Shown piece by piece: positions 48,401 to 61,269 of a stretch of 64,000 bases of DNA. The DNA is from Eutreptiella sp. 'Long Island Sound 2002'. Lineage: Eukaryota; Protista; Euglenida. The DNA lies in assembly GCA_964036045.1 (NCBI GenBank), contig OZ038378.1, forward strand, positions 139,996,001-140,060,000. Reading direction: 5' to 3'. Below the pieces are notes generated by a model. That model was not told the origin of the DNA and searched no databases. It saw nothing but the letters and a program-made list of their open reading frames with translations. Both the position numbers and the translations under genes were made by a program. The number at the start of each line of letters is the position of its first letter. Positions within the stretch are counted from its first letter, which is position 1.

Positions 48401-51261
48401 GTACGTATGAATACACACAGCAGGATCAAAAATTTTTTCAGTAGGAGTTTTGAGGGAGTGTTTCCTCCCTATGTCCCAGGCTGTTACTCGTATTCAGTAA
48501 CTGGCTTCATCAAACCATCTAAAACAGTTCAAGAAGATTTCTCAAAATTCCATGTAAGTCACTCAGTTTTACTGAATTTTGCAGCAGAATCCAGGGAAAA
48601 GTGCATACTGAACAATCCCTTGGTTTCACCAAAGGCAAATGCAATCTCACCTTTGTGACTGAAAGAAAGCAAAGGGGTCTGGTTGGGTGGTTGGAGGCTG
48701 GGTAGGGGCTTGGTAGACGCCCAGTTTGACAATCGTTGGTTACCCCTGCTATTTGTATTGCAGGGCTGGCATTCATGCCAATGGCAGGCATTGCAGGGTG
48801 CCCCATCCCTTATCTTGGGACCCGCCACCCATGAGCGGTTTTCCAAGCCTGCCTCTTGCTATTAGACCCCTCCCCCCTTTCCTATCCATTCCAGGAGCTG
48901 TGTGGCGGTTCATGCCTTCCCACACCGCCACAATCTGTTACCCACCTGCCCCAACCCATAAGGCATCCAATCTAACTGTTGAGTGAATCCCCCCGCTTTC
49001 CAGATGTATCATCGTCATCTACTTTGGGTTTTTGACACTTCCCCGCATTCTTTCGAAGGCCGTGAACCAGAGGAGGAGGCAGACCCACTCCTGCCTCCCC
49101 CTGGACCCCCTCCCACCCTCCTCGTGTTCAAAGGGTTATTCAGTTGGGAAGTCTCCAAAAGCATAATTTGTCCTCTGTTCTGCAGCACACACCATGTTTG
49201 TAACCATGCAGTCTGTCATAGTGAAAATAGCATCACTGTCAGTCACGTCAGACGATTGGATCCAACCAGCAATGTATTGTAGTTGCACTTTGTGGGGACC
49301 CCCCCGCCTTTTCCCTCTAACCCCCACTCCCCCACTACAGCATGTAGCTTAGCCTACGGTTGCCCACCAGCCCCCCTCCCCTCCCCTACACTCTCAGCTG
49401 GATGGGTTGAGCGCGGCCCTTACCACTGGGGCAAGAACCCTTCCCGCAGAGGGTGCTGTCTGGATTGGGCAGATGCACCACTGCGATAACAAGTGTAACA
49501 ATACAAGAGGTCAGCATGAACTGAAAACTGGGCATACAAACAGTCATACAGTACCGAGTAACCAATGCAGCATTGCAATGACAAAGCAAACAGGCAGGTC
49601 AACCATGCGTAGCGCGCACTGTGCAGACCCCTGCACTGGATGGGCCAGAGGTGTGCACCTGATGATTGGCTACTGCTTGGGGCATCACACACACCCTCCC
49701 CTTGTTAGTGTAACACATATTTGCTCCTCATCTACCAGAAATATAAAATGACGAAATTGAATCAAAGTACAATTCGAGCAGTGGCCCGAAAAGTGGCAGA
49801 AAAGGGCACCTGCAACCCAGCACATGAAGTAGACAACAGGGTTGCAATATACTCACTGTGGCCCCATGGCCGACAATGGTTAAGATAACACTCTATTGAA
49901 GCTCCTGCCTATTTTGCACCGGCCCCTGGCACAGAAGGCAATGTGTTTCAAGGTGCTGAGACGCACAAGCAGAACACATGGAGCCATATGGCTGAGAGAT
50001 TATGCATGAAACTGCAACCCAAAAACATACAGAACGACTTGATAAAACTCAGGACAGTTTAACCTAAGGAATGCAAAGGCCTGGGCACACAAAGAAGCCC
50101 ATTGTAGGAGGAATTGTTACGGTGCAAGGATTATGAAAACAAAAACCCAAAATGTGGTTTTTGGAAAATGGTGACAAAAAGTCACCAAAGGGCAAACACT
50201 GATCCACAGGTGGATGAATACTGAAGGGTACCCACTCTGCCTGGTGCAACAAGAGTAATTATACTTAGTACTTCTACACCTCCCACACCAGCAGGGGAGC
50301 AGACCAATGTTGTACATTTGATATGTGTTATCTCTGCATACATTGCCAGCTCAATTGACAAGATGAGCTGTCATCCATCCTTGGGTGGAGCACAATGATT
50401 GCAACAACAATACGCCGACTATCCCTTGCAGGAAACAGCAACATGTGGCAGCATGGACAGCAATGTCTATGAGCTTTCCCCACAGGACGGAGCATCTACT
50501 TGCCATTCACATCACTAGGTTGTCATCAAGAACAAAACGATGGAGGATGGAAGAGTATGTGTATCGGACTACGCAACATGCCCGCAACATGGCTGGGTCT
50601 TCATAGAGAACGAAGGCACCACCCCCACTCTTTCTTTTTAGCAGTGGTAGCACGGCAGCTTTTCCCACAGGAGGTGCCATCCCCTTGAGAAATCATATAA
50701 TGTGGTGGCATGGACAACAACGGTATCCCCATACAAGGTGGCATAGGTACATCAGCAAGCCCTCGTGGAGCCAACAAACCAGGGGGGGTCTTTATGAAGC
50801 CCAAAATGTTTTTTTGTTAAGGACCACCCTTAAGGACCGCCCCCAGGGACCACCAACCGCCAACCACCAACCGCCAACCACCACCAACCGCCAACCGCCG
50901 ATTTTTGAAGTAGGGTAGGTCCCATGCAGAGAGAGCATCCCCATGAGCGTTCATTTATGTTGGCATTACCAACGCTTTTTTTTTCCCTTTGCAGAGCCCC
51001 CTGCAACAAACAGGTGGCAGCATGGACAGGAGACTCTGTTAGCCATCCTCACCAAGTCAACATCAAGAACATCAAGGAGAGTGTGATGCAAGAGGTAGCA
51101 TGGGCACAATTAAGAGGGTGCTATCTCTCACCTCCAACAGAGAGCAACTGGTGGCGACAGACACACAAATACCACTACAGAACAGCATAGTGCCTTGCAG
51201 GTGGTGTGGGGCTTGCTGGTGTGCTAGCTCTCCCCTCCAAGTCCACAGCTTAGAGCCTTGT

Positions 51262-51680
51262 ATGCTGTATGCTTTGCGACCATGGTGTCCAGTGTCCAAA
51301 GCTACGGGAGCTACTGATTTGCCATCCGGGTTCGTGCTCAGTCAGGGGTCAGTGGAGGACAATTGAAAATAGTGGTCTGCCCCGAGTGCATCTTTCTCAT
51401 GATAGTCCCCAGCCAGCCAAAACTAGCCAGCCAACACTGAGGCAGAGGCTATGGGAAACGGACTTGGGACCTATGGCCTGTATGCTTTGTGACCATGGTG
51501 CCCAGCGCCCAAAACAGGAGCGATTCATTTGCCGCCTGGGTGCATGCTTGGTCAGGAGTCGGTGGAGGACGACTGAAAACAATGGTCTGCCCCTAGTGTG
51601 TCTTTTTCATGATAGTCCCCAGCCAGCCCCAACACTGTGGCAGATGCTATGGGAAACGGGGATTGGGACCTATGGCCTGC
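51262..51680. repeat. ~200-bp direct duplication
   Basis: tatgcttt.gaccatggtg...catgatagtccccagccagcc...ctatgggaaacgg occurs twice. Confidence 0.8.
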
Positions 51681-52232
51681 ACAGCTCCCTAGGCCTAGTG
51701 ACTGAGATTCACAGCTGCTCCTCGTCCTCCTCTCCCCATGTTTCATCATGCACTTGTAAGGGTGGGCAGAGGCAACCATAGTGGGCTTCTGTGCAAAGAT
51801 ACCACACTCCACAAGCCACCAACTAGAGTCCACTTTGCAAGGGAGGTCAACGTGCTGAGGTTGAGCACCCTGGTCCCTTCTGGAAAACAGCATCGTTCCC
51901 CAGAGCTCTCCCTCCCCTTACACAGAGGCTGGCCGCCAGGCCCAGTCCTTGTGTGGGACCCTCCACCGAGCATTTTTGGACCACGGTGCTCCTGCGTTGA
52001 CAAAAGGTACGCACCCCCCCTCCCTGCCGCCTTCGCTTAGCACACCTTGATTACGTCTCATCCCCCCCAGAGCACCCCCCCCTCCTCATGATTTTTGACA
52101 GTTAGTTGAGTGGTGCAACTGCCCCCCCCCCGTGCCAAACCCTGTCCTGCTCCACTCCATGGCCTCTAGTCCATCATCAATCCCCGTCCCCCATACCCCT
52201 GGATGCCACTCTACCCCTCCCGGTTGCTGCAG

Positions 52233-52409
52233 ACTGACGCCTGGTTTTCGAAGGGGTTCCTGGGCCGCGACCCGTTTCTGCTGTCCGCCGAAGCCATGGA
52301 CCGCATGGGCGAGGGCCCTGAGCATTTGCTGGGAGTTGTGACAGTACTTGAGGCCCTTCTGCCGCCCATTCCCTGCCTTAGCAAAGACCTGTTTGACCCC
52401 ATGTCTCAG
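52233..52409 (+). CDS. GCN1: GCN1-like exon (59 codons), last one recognised in the window
   Basis: ggttgctgcag|ACT ... TCT CAG|gtgtgt, phase 0/0; TDAWFSKGFLGRDPFLLSAEAMDRM resembles GCN1 FWQLIVDEKKQVFTSEKFL. Confidence 0.7.
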
Positions 52410-52804
52410 GTGTGTGGGGCTTCAAGTGGCTTGCCGCTCCTGGGGCCTAAACCTTCAGCCCACTCCCATCGACCTGTCCCTCCCAGTCACAGTGCTGTAA
52501 CGGCTCAATCTGTGCTCATGCTGGGACCACTCCTCCCCCCCCCCCTCCCCTAACCCCCCCCCCACCGCTCCCCCACCTCTTCCCCACACGCTGCCCCAGC
52601 GCTCCCGCACCCCTCCTCCAGCACTCCCCCAGCCCCCCACCCACCCCTCCCCCACCCCTCCCTGGCCGGCCGATATGCAGAGTTGTCAGGGATGCCATGG
52701 TGCTCCATCCCCGGCGTCCTGTGAGCCTTAAGATCAGCCCCCAACTTCGAATCCAAATCCCCCACCACTCCCCCACCCCTCCTGCAGCCCCCACCTCTGT
52801 CGGC

Positions 52805-52978
52805 CCAAATCACCTCGAAGAGAGGTTGTTAGATCAAGCGCACGTGCGGGCGTCGTATACCCCCCCTTTTGGGGTCGTTCGCGTAGCATACCCCAAGGCA
52901 AGATATTTGATGTCCAACCCCTTGTAAAATCATTATTTTGCCCAATAAGACCATCCCCCAATGGATTTTTTGATTCTT
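52805..52978. repeat. A' variant of the composite repeat
   Basis: Nearly identical to 16128-16300. Confidence 0.8.
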
Positions 52979-52979
52979 A

Positions 52980-53349
52980 GAAAGAAAAGAGCATCTCCTG
53001 CAGCACGTGGTAGCCCCGTGAATGGTGAGACTTTCTTGCCATATCCACGGATCTGGAAGCGGGACACGGCCAGTGAAAAGTGTAAGAATGCCCACTCCAG
53101 CATTCGCCGAGGTTCGAAATCCTGTTGACAAGGAATTTTGCCAAAAGTGGACATGCGATGCTCACTCTCAGAATTGAACATATTGAGATTAGGCTCGGAG
53201 GGCGTGGCGGCGGGGATGCCCGGGGGTGAGGCACCACTAAACCAATATGTGTGCTTGTCAATGTACTCTTTATGCACATAATCAAGGAATGCAGGGAAGG
53301 CACAATAGTGTGCACGCACTACGGCCCATCCCGCCACAAACACCATCAA
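52980..53349 (-). pseudogene. MULE-like transposase fragment
   Basis: AFLDYVHKEYIDKHTYWFSGASPPGIP resembles the region just before the MULE catalytic Glu; the Glu itself is not evident. Confidence 0.45.
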
Positions 53350-53369
53350 AGATCACACAAAGGATAGTA

Positions 53370-53800
53370 TCTTGAGGAACTTGCGGCAATTGGCTACATC
53401 ATCCCTGCCATCTAGGGGGTCCACAGCGCTTCACAACCTAGACAAAATCAGAGGTGGCCCACAAAAGGGCAAATTGGCCACATCACCCCTGCCGTCCGGT
53501 CCCCAGCGCTTCAAAGTGGGGGACAAAAATAGTAGTGGCCCACAAGTAGGCCTAGTGGCTACATCACACTTGCCGTCTGGGGGGTCCCCAACGTTTCAAA
53601 GCGGGGAACATAAACAAAAGTGGCCCACAAGTGCCACAAGTGGGCAGATTGGCTACATCACCCCTACCGTTTGGGGGGGTCCCCAATGCTTCAAACCGGG
53701 GGACAAAATCACAAGTGGCCCACAAGTGGGCCTAGTGGCTACATCACCCCTACCGGCTAGGGGTCCCCAACGCTTCAGACCGGGGGGCAAAATCACCACT
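53370..53800. repeat. ~80-bp tandem repeat
   Basis: gtggcccacaag...ggctacatcac...ggtcccca.cgcttca repeated about 5 times. Confidence 0.85.
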
Positions 53801-53829
53801 GGGAATTTTTTTTTGTTTTTGGGGGGGTG

Positions 53830-54300
53830 AATCACGTTTCTTTTAAAAAGCGGAACTCGGATACGTTTTCTTTTGCAACAAGTTGTGTACCAAAAAAAGC
53901 ACAAATGTCACAAAAAAGTCGTAACTCGCTCGTTTTTTTTTTGAAAAAGCATAACTCACTTATTTTTTGTTTGCACTGGGTCGCATATCAAAAAAAGTGT
54001 AGGTCGCGTAACAAAAAAAACGGAACTCACTTTTTTTTCAAAAAAAGTGTAACCCGCAAACTTATTTTTGCAGTAGGTGGCGTATCAAAAAAAGCGTAGG
54101 TCGCGTAACAAAAAAAGCGTAACACACTTATTTTTTTTTTTAAAAAAAAGCGTCAGTCGCACAACCTTTTCTCTAGGCGTAGGTCGCGTCACAAAAAAAG
54201 TGCAACTCGCATGCCATACATTTTCAAGGTTTTTTTCCCACACTGGACTAACGCCTCAAAAAAAAAATGAGCGACATACGGAAAAAAAAAACTTACGGCT
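53830..54300. repeat. A-tract-rich internally repeated element
   Basis: aaaaaa.gtaggtcgcgtaacaaaaaa repeated. Confidence 0.7.
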
Positions 54301-54309
54301 TACACAAGT

Positions 54310-55560
54310 CAGTGCTACCCCATTCTGAAAGCAGTGCAGTGCTGCCACAATCCACAGGCAGTAGTGCTACAGGCAGTGCTACCATCGTCTGAATGCAGTG
54401 CTGCACCATTCCAAAGGCAGTGCGGCAGCCGTTTGAAGGTAGTGCAGGCGGAGGCCGTTTGAAGGTGTTGCTGGCTCTTTCTAAAGCTGCAACACAGCAT
54501 GGAGGCCTCTATGGGAGACCTCTTGGTGGGTGCCCGGGGCGGCGGCCCCTGCAATGGCCTATGTGGGGGCAGAGGCCACTGATCCTGTGCACTTAATTTT
54601 GACGGTTATTACGGGGAGTGGTCCACGGATGAGTGGATGGGTGCCGTTCCTCACCACTGCATGCCCCCATCTTGGTGGGTTCGGGGCACCCGGACGCAGC
54701 ACTGCCTTCGCACGAGGCTGCATTCAAAATGTAGTGGCACTGCCTTCAAAATGTGCCAGCACTACATTCATGCATTCGGACACTGGGACCAGTACCCATG
54801 GGCTGCTGCAACACTGCCTTCAAAATCAGGTAGCACTGCCTGTATAATGCGCGGACTCACTGCAGCACTGCATTTGGACAGGGACACTGCCTTTGCAATG
54901 AGGCAGCACTCCCTTCAGACGGCGGCAACACCACCATTGGACAAGGCAACACTGCCTTCAGATTGCAACGGCAGAGCCCTCAGAATGCGGCACCCCTACC
55001 TTCAGACAGCGGTGGCACTCTTTTTGGATGGGTACAACACTGCATGCGGACACTGGGAGCACTGCCCATGGGCTGCAGTAACACTGCCTTCAGAATCAGG
55101 CAGCACTGCCGTTCACTGCTACCTGCCTGTGAACGGCAGCAGCGCTGTCTTTGGACAGTGACATTGCCTTCAAAATGAGGCAGCAGTGCCGTCAGTTCGC
55201 TGCAGCACTGCCTTCAGATGCAGCAGCAGTGCTTCGAGAGTGTGGTAGCACTACCTTTGGAGGGTGGTGGCAATGCCGGTACCTGTGGGAAGGTGCAGCA
55301 CTGCATCCCCACACTGGCAGCACCACTGTCCGCGGGTAGCAGCACTGCCTTCAGAATACAGCGGCAGTGTCTTCAGAATGTGGCAGCACTGCCCTCAGAC
55401 AGTGGTGGCACTGCCTTAAGATGGGTGCAGCACTGCATCCTGACACTGCAGCACTACCCATGGACTGTAGCACCACTGCCTTCAGAATGCAGCGGCCCTG
55501 CCTGTAGAATGGGACAGCACTGCTTGTGGACACCAGCAGCACTACCTTCAGAATGGGAGG
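54310..55560. repeat. Degenerate gcagcactgccttcagaatg tandem array
   Basis: Motif recurs throughout, inverted in the first ~120 bp. Confidence 0.8.
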
Positions 55561-56086
55561 GGGCTCTGGTTCCTCCCCCTGCACTGGGGGAAGGACGGCT
55601 CTGTCATCGGCACCTCCTCAAGAGAGGAAGTACGGGACTGAGGGTGCGGGATGGGAGGGGGGCTGGGTGGGCGGGGGGGGGGGGGGCACCCATGGTACGG
55701 CTGAGACCGGCCAGCTCCTCGGCAACCGCGCCCTTGCCGTGAGTGAGGCACTCCTACCCGGCAGAGGGCTCCGCCCACCGCCACGTGGCCTCGCAGGGAG
55801 CAGGCAGGGCGAGGGTCACTGCCCCTTCACCGGCAGGCACAGCCATGCGCGCCCCTGTGGCTGCCTGTCATACCTGTTGGTGGCATCCCCATCGGGTCGG
55901 TTGACGTCCGGCGCTCTGGTGAAGGGGCGTCTGGTGGCGGAGGCAAAAGACCAGGGTACGAACCCCACCCCCACCGACACCAGCGCGGCGGTCAGTCACC
56001 ACCCATACCGCCCGACCACCTTGCCTGACCGCCACTCATCCCTCAGCCCCTGCCTTCTGCGATGGTGCCTGTGTTCAGACACCAGT

Positions 56087-56320
56087 CCAAGCAGTGGGGA
56101 GAACACTTGCTCTTCGTGTCGGTAGTGACCGAACGGTAATGCAGGCAGCCGCAAACATTTTGGTCGGTGGTTCGAACCCTGGTGCGGCCAATACAGCAGC
56201 GGCGCCGCCACCGGCGTCCACCGACCAGGATTCGAACCGCCGACCAACAAATCTGCGGCTTGGTGCGTTACCATTCGACCGGGGGTGGATGTGACACAAA
56301 TGTGTCTCCCATTGCTTGGA
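56087..56320. repeat. Convergent pair of tRNA-like A/B-box cassettes (palindromic, no central insert)
   Basis: Plus strand TGACCGAACGG (56126) and GGTTCGAACCC (56169); minus strand CGGTCGAATGG (56281) and GGTTCGAATCC (56238); both arms begin CCAAGCARTGGG. Confidence 0.7.
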
Positions 56321-56466
56321 GCCTTCTCAGCGAAAACTTTTGACCCCCCCCCCACCCCCCCCCCACACCCCCCCACCCCCCTCCAAAAAGTGTTATCCAG
56401 TTTTAGGGGATAGAGGCCTTCATCGGTTGGAGAAGTAAAAAAAATGGGGGACACAATGGTGAGCGG

Positions 56467-56697
56467 GTGAGGGCATACCCCCTTGTTGTTGCTGGGGCAG
56501 TGGCGCCGTGGAATAAGACATTGTCCAAGATAGAGAAAGGCAAATTGTTGCAGTGGCAGGATTTTGTTGCCTTCATGTCATTCCACCAGGTCAACGCAGA
56601 GTGTTGTATTTGCCCAACATACGGGACGTATGCCATGTGTGAAGGCGTCCTTTTGTGGCACATTGTGAAGGTTCCAGGCTTCAAAGTGCCCACGTAG
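56467..56697 (+). pseudogene. SWIM zinc-finger fragment of a MULE-type transposase
   Basis: WQDFVAFMSFHQV...CCICPTYGTYAMCEGVLL (CxC-xn-C, with the His position altered). Confidence 0.5.
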
Positions 56698-58269
56698 TAC
56701 TCCTAGGAATTGATTGCTCAACAGCCCTTCAAGTTGGGGCGTGTGGAATGCTTGGTCACTGCTGGGTGGAACCACCAAATTAGTCTTCCTCAAAGAAAGC
56801 CCGCATGAAGGGCATGAAACAACGAGGTTTGTGATCCATTACGGATGGTGCAATATCAGGTGCGTCTAAGGATGCTGTGGTAGTGCCCTCCAAAGGCGAC
56901 TCCGCCCTACATAGGAGGACGTGGCACCAGTTGAACCCCCCCCCCCCCTTGGAGTTGTGGGTAGTGTGAGCCGAAAGTATACTTGTGGTGCATGCACTGC
57001 AAAGACTGTGGTTTTTGCTTAACCACAGTGGAGTGCCCTACACATATGACACATGTGCACAATATGGAACATGGGAAGAGAGAGTGATATGCTCTCCTCA
57101 GCGGGGGCGAGTTTTGGAAATACGCGGTGATGGGCGTGCAATATGGTGTGGTGGGGTTGGTTCCGGGTCTTTGAAAAGGGTCTAGTCGGATGCTCGAAAA
57201 AACGCTCGGAGGTTTTGGTCTGGAAAGCGGCTCACAAATATGACAATATGGTTGGAGTTGCCCAAAACTGTGGATGCAAAATGGGTGCCTAAGCGGGCAG
57301 AGGCCCTACATGGCTTGCCGCCATGTAAGTTTAAGCAACCCATGAGATACCATGGTGTTGAATACACCACTGCACTTAGGGTACAATTTGCTTGCATCAC
57401 TGCACACCACCACCATTTGCAGGGTGAATGTAAGCAAAAAGGTTGTTTGGCTTGACCATGGCTCAATAAGCACGGGGTGAAGGACCTCTATTTGCAGAAG
57501 GGGGGGTGTTGGAATCACGTTCGGGGGCCTCAGGAGTTTTGGGGTGTTTCAAAGTTAGAAAATATATACATCATTGAGCATCCGTTGCACAACACCAAGC
57601 GTAGTGCGTCCCGGCTTCTTGGTGTCATTGGGCGCACACTCCCGCCTGCGCCTCAACTGGGATAGATAGAGGACCCCCCCCCCTGGCTGTTTCTCGACAG
57701 ATATGGAGGGGAGTCGTCCACGTTACATTGCAAGGGCACCACTCGCCATAGTTGTTGCCTCGGTCTGGAACGGAGGGGTGGTCCCCCCCTTATGACTTGG
57801 CTCTTTGTGGAAGGTTTGAAGTAAGGGGCGCCCCCCCGGACCTCTTCCTCTGTGTTCAGTGGGGGGCAGCCTCCCCCCACTCTCGGGCTCTTGTGGATAT
57901 GAAATATGTCCCACTTCTCCTCATGTTCTTTCACTGGGACCCGATAGCTGGTGCATTGGAACCCCCTTAAGAACCTCTTGTGATGGGGGCACCGGCACCT
58001 TGTCTGGCATGGGTAGGGTAAGAGGGACATGCGGCACCAAGTCGCATCCACCCACACCGGCACAATCGTCCAACAGTCTTCCTCTGTAACAGGACTAAAC
58101 ACCCACCTAGTAGCAGGGGTACGGTATGGTAAGGTAAGATAGGGTATTGGTTCCCAAGGGGCTAGTTATGTCCCCGGCAGCAAGGGTACAAGCCCTCATG
58201 ATATGGGCCAGCTCGACGCCCTAACCGACGGGCTAGCACGCCCCCGTTAGGACAGATACGCCCTAAGCC

Positions 58270-60230
58270 CCCCCCGTCCATGGCCGCGCGGGGGTAGGGA
58301 CGCCCGATGGGGTGTGAACGAGGTTTTGGGTTCCCGGGTCGTCGGCTACACCCGAGTCCCCTTGATCTGTAACAGTCGGGTGGGATATGTACGCCCAAAG
58401 TAACACCACCTCGGTAACCCATTGCCTTGGTTTGGCCCCACACAGTGTCGGATGCACACGAGTCCCCCCTCTCTGACAGACCGTTTTGGGGGATAGGGAC
58501 GCCCAGTGGGGAGTACAACGCTTTCCCCGGTTCCCACACAGCGGCAGATACACCCGACTCCCCCCGGCCTAGAGCACACCATGTTGGAGGATAGGGACGC
58601 CCAGTGGGAGGGTGATGCAAGGGGGTGCAACATTTCTCCCCGTCCCCACACGACGGCGGATACACCCGAGTCCCCCCAGTATGGAGCAAGCCGTTTTGGG
58701 GGATTTGGACCCCTAGTGGGAAGGTGCTGCAAGGGAGTACAGCGCTTACCCCATTCTGACACAGCGGCGGATACACCTGAGTCCCTTCGGTCTCGGGCAG
58801 ACCGTTTTGGGGGATAGGGACGCCCAGTGGGAGGGTGATGAAGGGGGGTACAATGCTTCCCCCCCTCCCCGTTCCTCCGCAGCGGCGGATACACCCAAGT
58901 CTGCCCGGTTTGCGGTCTGTGGTAGACCGTTGTGAGAGATAGGGACAGCTAGCAGGAGGGTGATGCGGGGGGCTACCATGCTTTCCCCCCGTCCCTACAG
59001 AGTGCCGGATATACCTGAGTCCCCCCGATCCGGAGCAGACCGTTTTGGGGGATAGGGTCACCCCCCGTGGGGGTGATGCAGGGGTGCAACGTTCCCCCCC
59101 CATCCCCACATTGTGGCGGATACACCTGACCGCCTTGCATCACCCTCCCATTGGCCGTCCCTATCCCCCAAAACGGTGTGCCCTGGACGTGAGGGACTCG
59201 GTTGTATCTGCTGCGTTGTCGGGAGGGGGGAAGCGTTGCAGCCCCATGCATCACTCTCCCACTGGTCTTCCCTATACCCCAAAACGATCTACCCCAAGCT
59301 TCCCCCCCCTGCTTTTGCACATAGCGGCGGATACACCTGAGTTCCCCCGGTCTGCGGCAAATTGTTTTGAGGGATAGGGATGCTCAGTGGAAGGGTGATG
59401 CGGGGTGGGGCGGGGGGGGGGTACCACGCTTCTTCCCCCGTCCCCACACAGTGACGGATGTACCTAAGTCCCCCTGATGTACAGCAAACCTTTTTGGGGA
59501 TAGGGACTCCAAGTGGGAGGGTGATGCATGGGGGGTACAACGCTTTCCCCCGCCCCTAAAGAGCAGCACCGACACCCGAGCCCCCCCCGGTTCGGGGCAG
59601 ATCATTATGGGGGATAGGGACGCCCAATGGGAGGGTTATGCAAGGGGGTACAACGCCTTTCCCCATCCCCACATAGCGGCGGAGACACGTGAGTCCCCCC
59701 GGTCTGGGGCAGACGGTTCTTGGGGGGATAGGGAAGCCTAGGGGGAGCGTGATGCAGGGGGGTGCAATGCTTCCCCCCTCCCCACACCGCGGCAGATACA
59801 CCAGAGTCCCCTTGGTCCGTCGCAGGCCGTTTTTGGGGATAGGGACGCCCAATGGGAGGGTGATGCAGGGGGTTACAATGCTCCCCCCCGTTCGCACACA
59901 ACGGCGGATACACCCGAGTCCCCCCAGTCTATGGCGGATCGTTTTGTGGTATAGGGAAGCCCAGTGGGAAGTTGGTGCAGGGGGGCATAGTGGTCCCCCC
60001 CCGTACCCACATAGCGGCCGATACACCCGAGTCCCCCCCGGTCCGGTGTAGACCGTGTGGGGGGCTAGGGACGCCCGGTGGGAGGGTGATGCGAGGGAGG
60101 TACAACGTTTACCTCCGTCCCCACACAACGGTAGATCCATCCAATTCCCCCCCCATTGTGGGGCAGACCGATCATGGGATAGGGAAGCATAGTGGGAGGG
60201 TGATGCAGGGCCCATGGCAACGGACATTGC
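58270..60230. repeat. ~120-bp degenerate tandem array
   Basis: gcggcggatacacc.gagtcccc...ccgttttgggggatagggacgcccagtgggagggtgatgc repeated; further units at 61540-62150. Confidence 0.9.
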
Positions 60231-60239
60231 CTCGGTATG

Positions 60240-60836
60240 GGATGGGGTGGTAATGCCCTCCACCGCATCCTCAAAAGCAAGTCCGGGATTGGTTGCCAAA
60301 CTCCAAACCGGAAAGGTGTCCATCTTGGAGGCCGGCAATACACGCTCCTTGTGACCAATTGGGGCACTTCCAAAGGCACGATGTGTCATCTCCGAGTTGA
60401 TCGGCTTGGTGCTTGCAAAAACCACACAATAGTCGGCATCCTCTCCCATCCAATAAACCACATCCTCCTGGGCCCGACCGGTGGGTTCCTTTCCCTTGGC
60501 CTTGTCCTTCTGCTTTGGAACGTGCGGCAATATCACTGCAAGAAGGCTCGCATCGTCCGCACTATTGAGGTGGATCAAAATAGCCGGAAGTGTAGGATTG
60601 AGCATGAAGGCGATGTGAACCAAGTCACTAATGAGCCCGCGATCCATTTCTCCAAGAACACTCCGCGGCGCCTCGGTACGCCCCAACATAGTCCCCGGAT
60701 TGAACTTTACCCCCGTGGGTAGCCCGTCGATACGTATGGTCTCCTCCACTTCGGTAGGGGCGGTGGCGATGAGACGGGTGCCCAAGCGATCATTGGCTTC
60801 ACGCAACCAACGACCAATGACGGGGGGCACAGGCAT
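60240..60836 (-). CDS. Hypothetical ~200-aa ORF1/gag-like N-terminus, truncated by the satellite
   Basis: MPVPPVIGRWLREANDRLG...DADYCVVFASTKP...; non-repetitive and stop-free, then runs into the repeat array. Confidence 0.45.
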
Positions 60837-61269
60837 GGGCGTAACTAGTGGACCAAAGGTGCAAAGGAGACGAAAGTGGACAAGCGATGGACGCACACAC
60901 CAAATCAGAAAATCCCCCGAGAAGTCATTTCGGGAACCCCTTTCTGATCATAAACCCCCTCGAGAAGTCATTTTGAGAACTCTTTCTAATCAGGAAGGTA
61001 AGCCGAGAAGTTCAGAGAAGGTGTCCGAGAAGGGGTTCTCGGGTTTTAGAAAAACCGCCCTATGTCGTTTTACCCTAAACCCAGGGAGGGCCCCGCCTTA
61101 GTTTTCATCCCCCAAACCCCTCAAGTTGTTTTGGGCCCGCTGTATCTCGATGGGGGGGGCTCCCCGGGAGGCCCGTTTTGGGCGGGGGGGGGTTCCCGGT
61201 ACGAGCTTCCCGGTTGCACCACATATATGCTAGTTTGCACACGGCAGGGGATCCCCTTGTTCTGGTGCG

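Noticed and set aside
50385-51190. APE endonuclease of a LINE
   Set aside because: Two related VAAWT segments are present but no conserved GDFN or SDH motifs could be found
59556-60240. C-terminal half of the 446-aa ORF as real protein
   Set aside because: It reads through the 120-bp satellite (repeated CITLPLGVPIP), so the open frame is likely incidental
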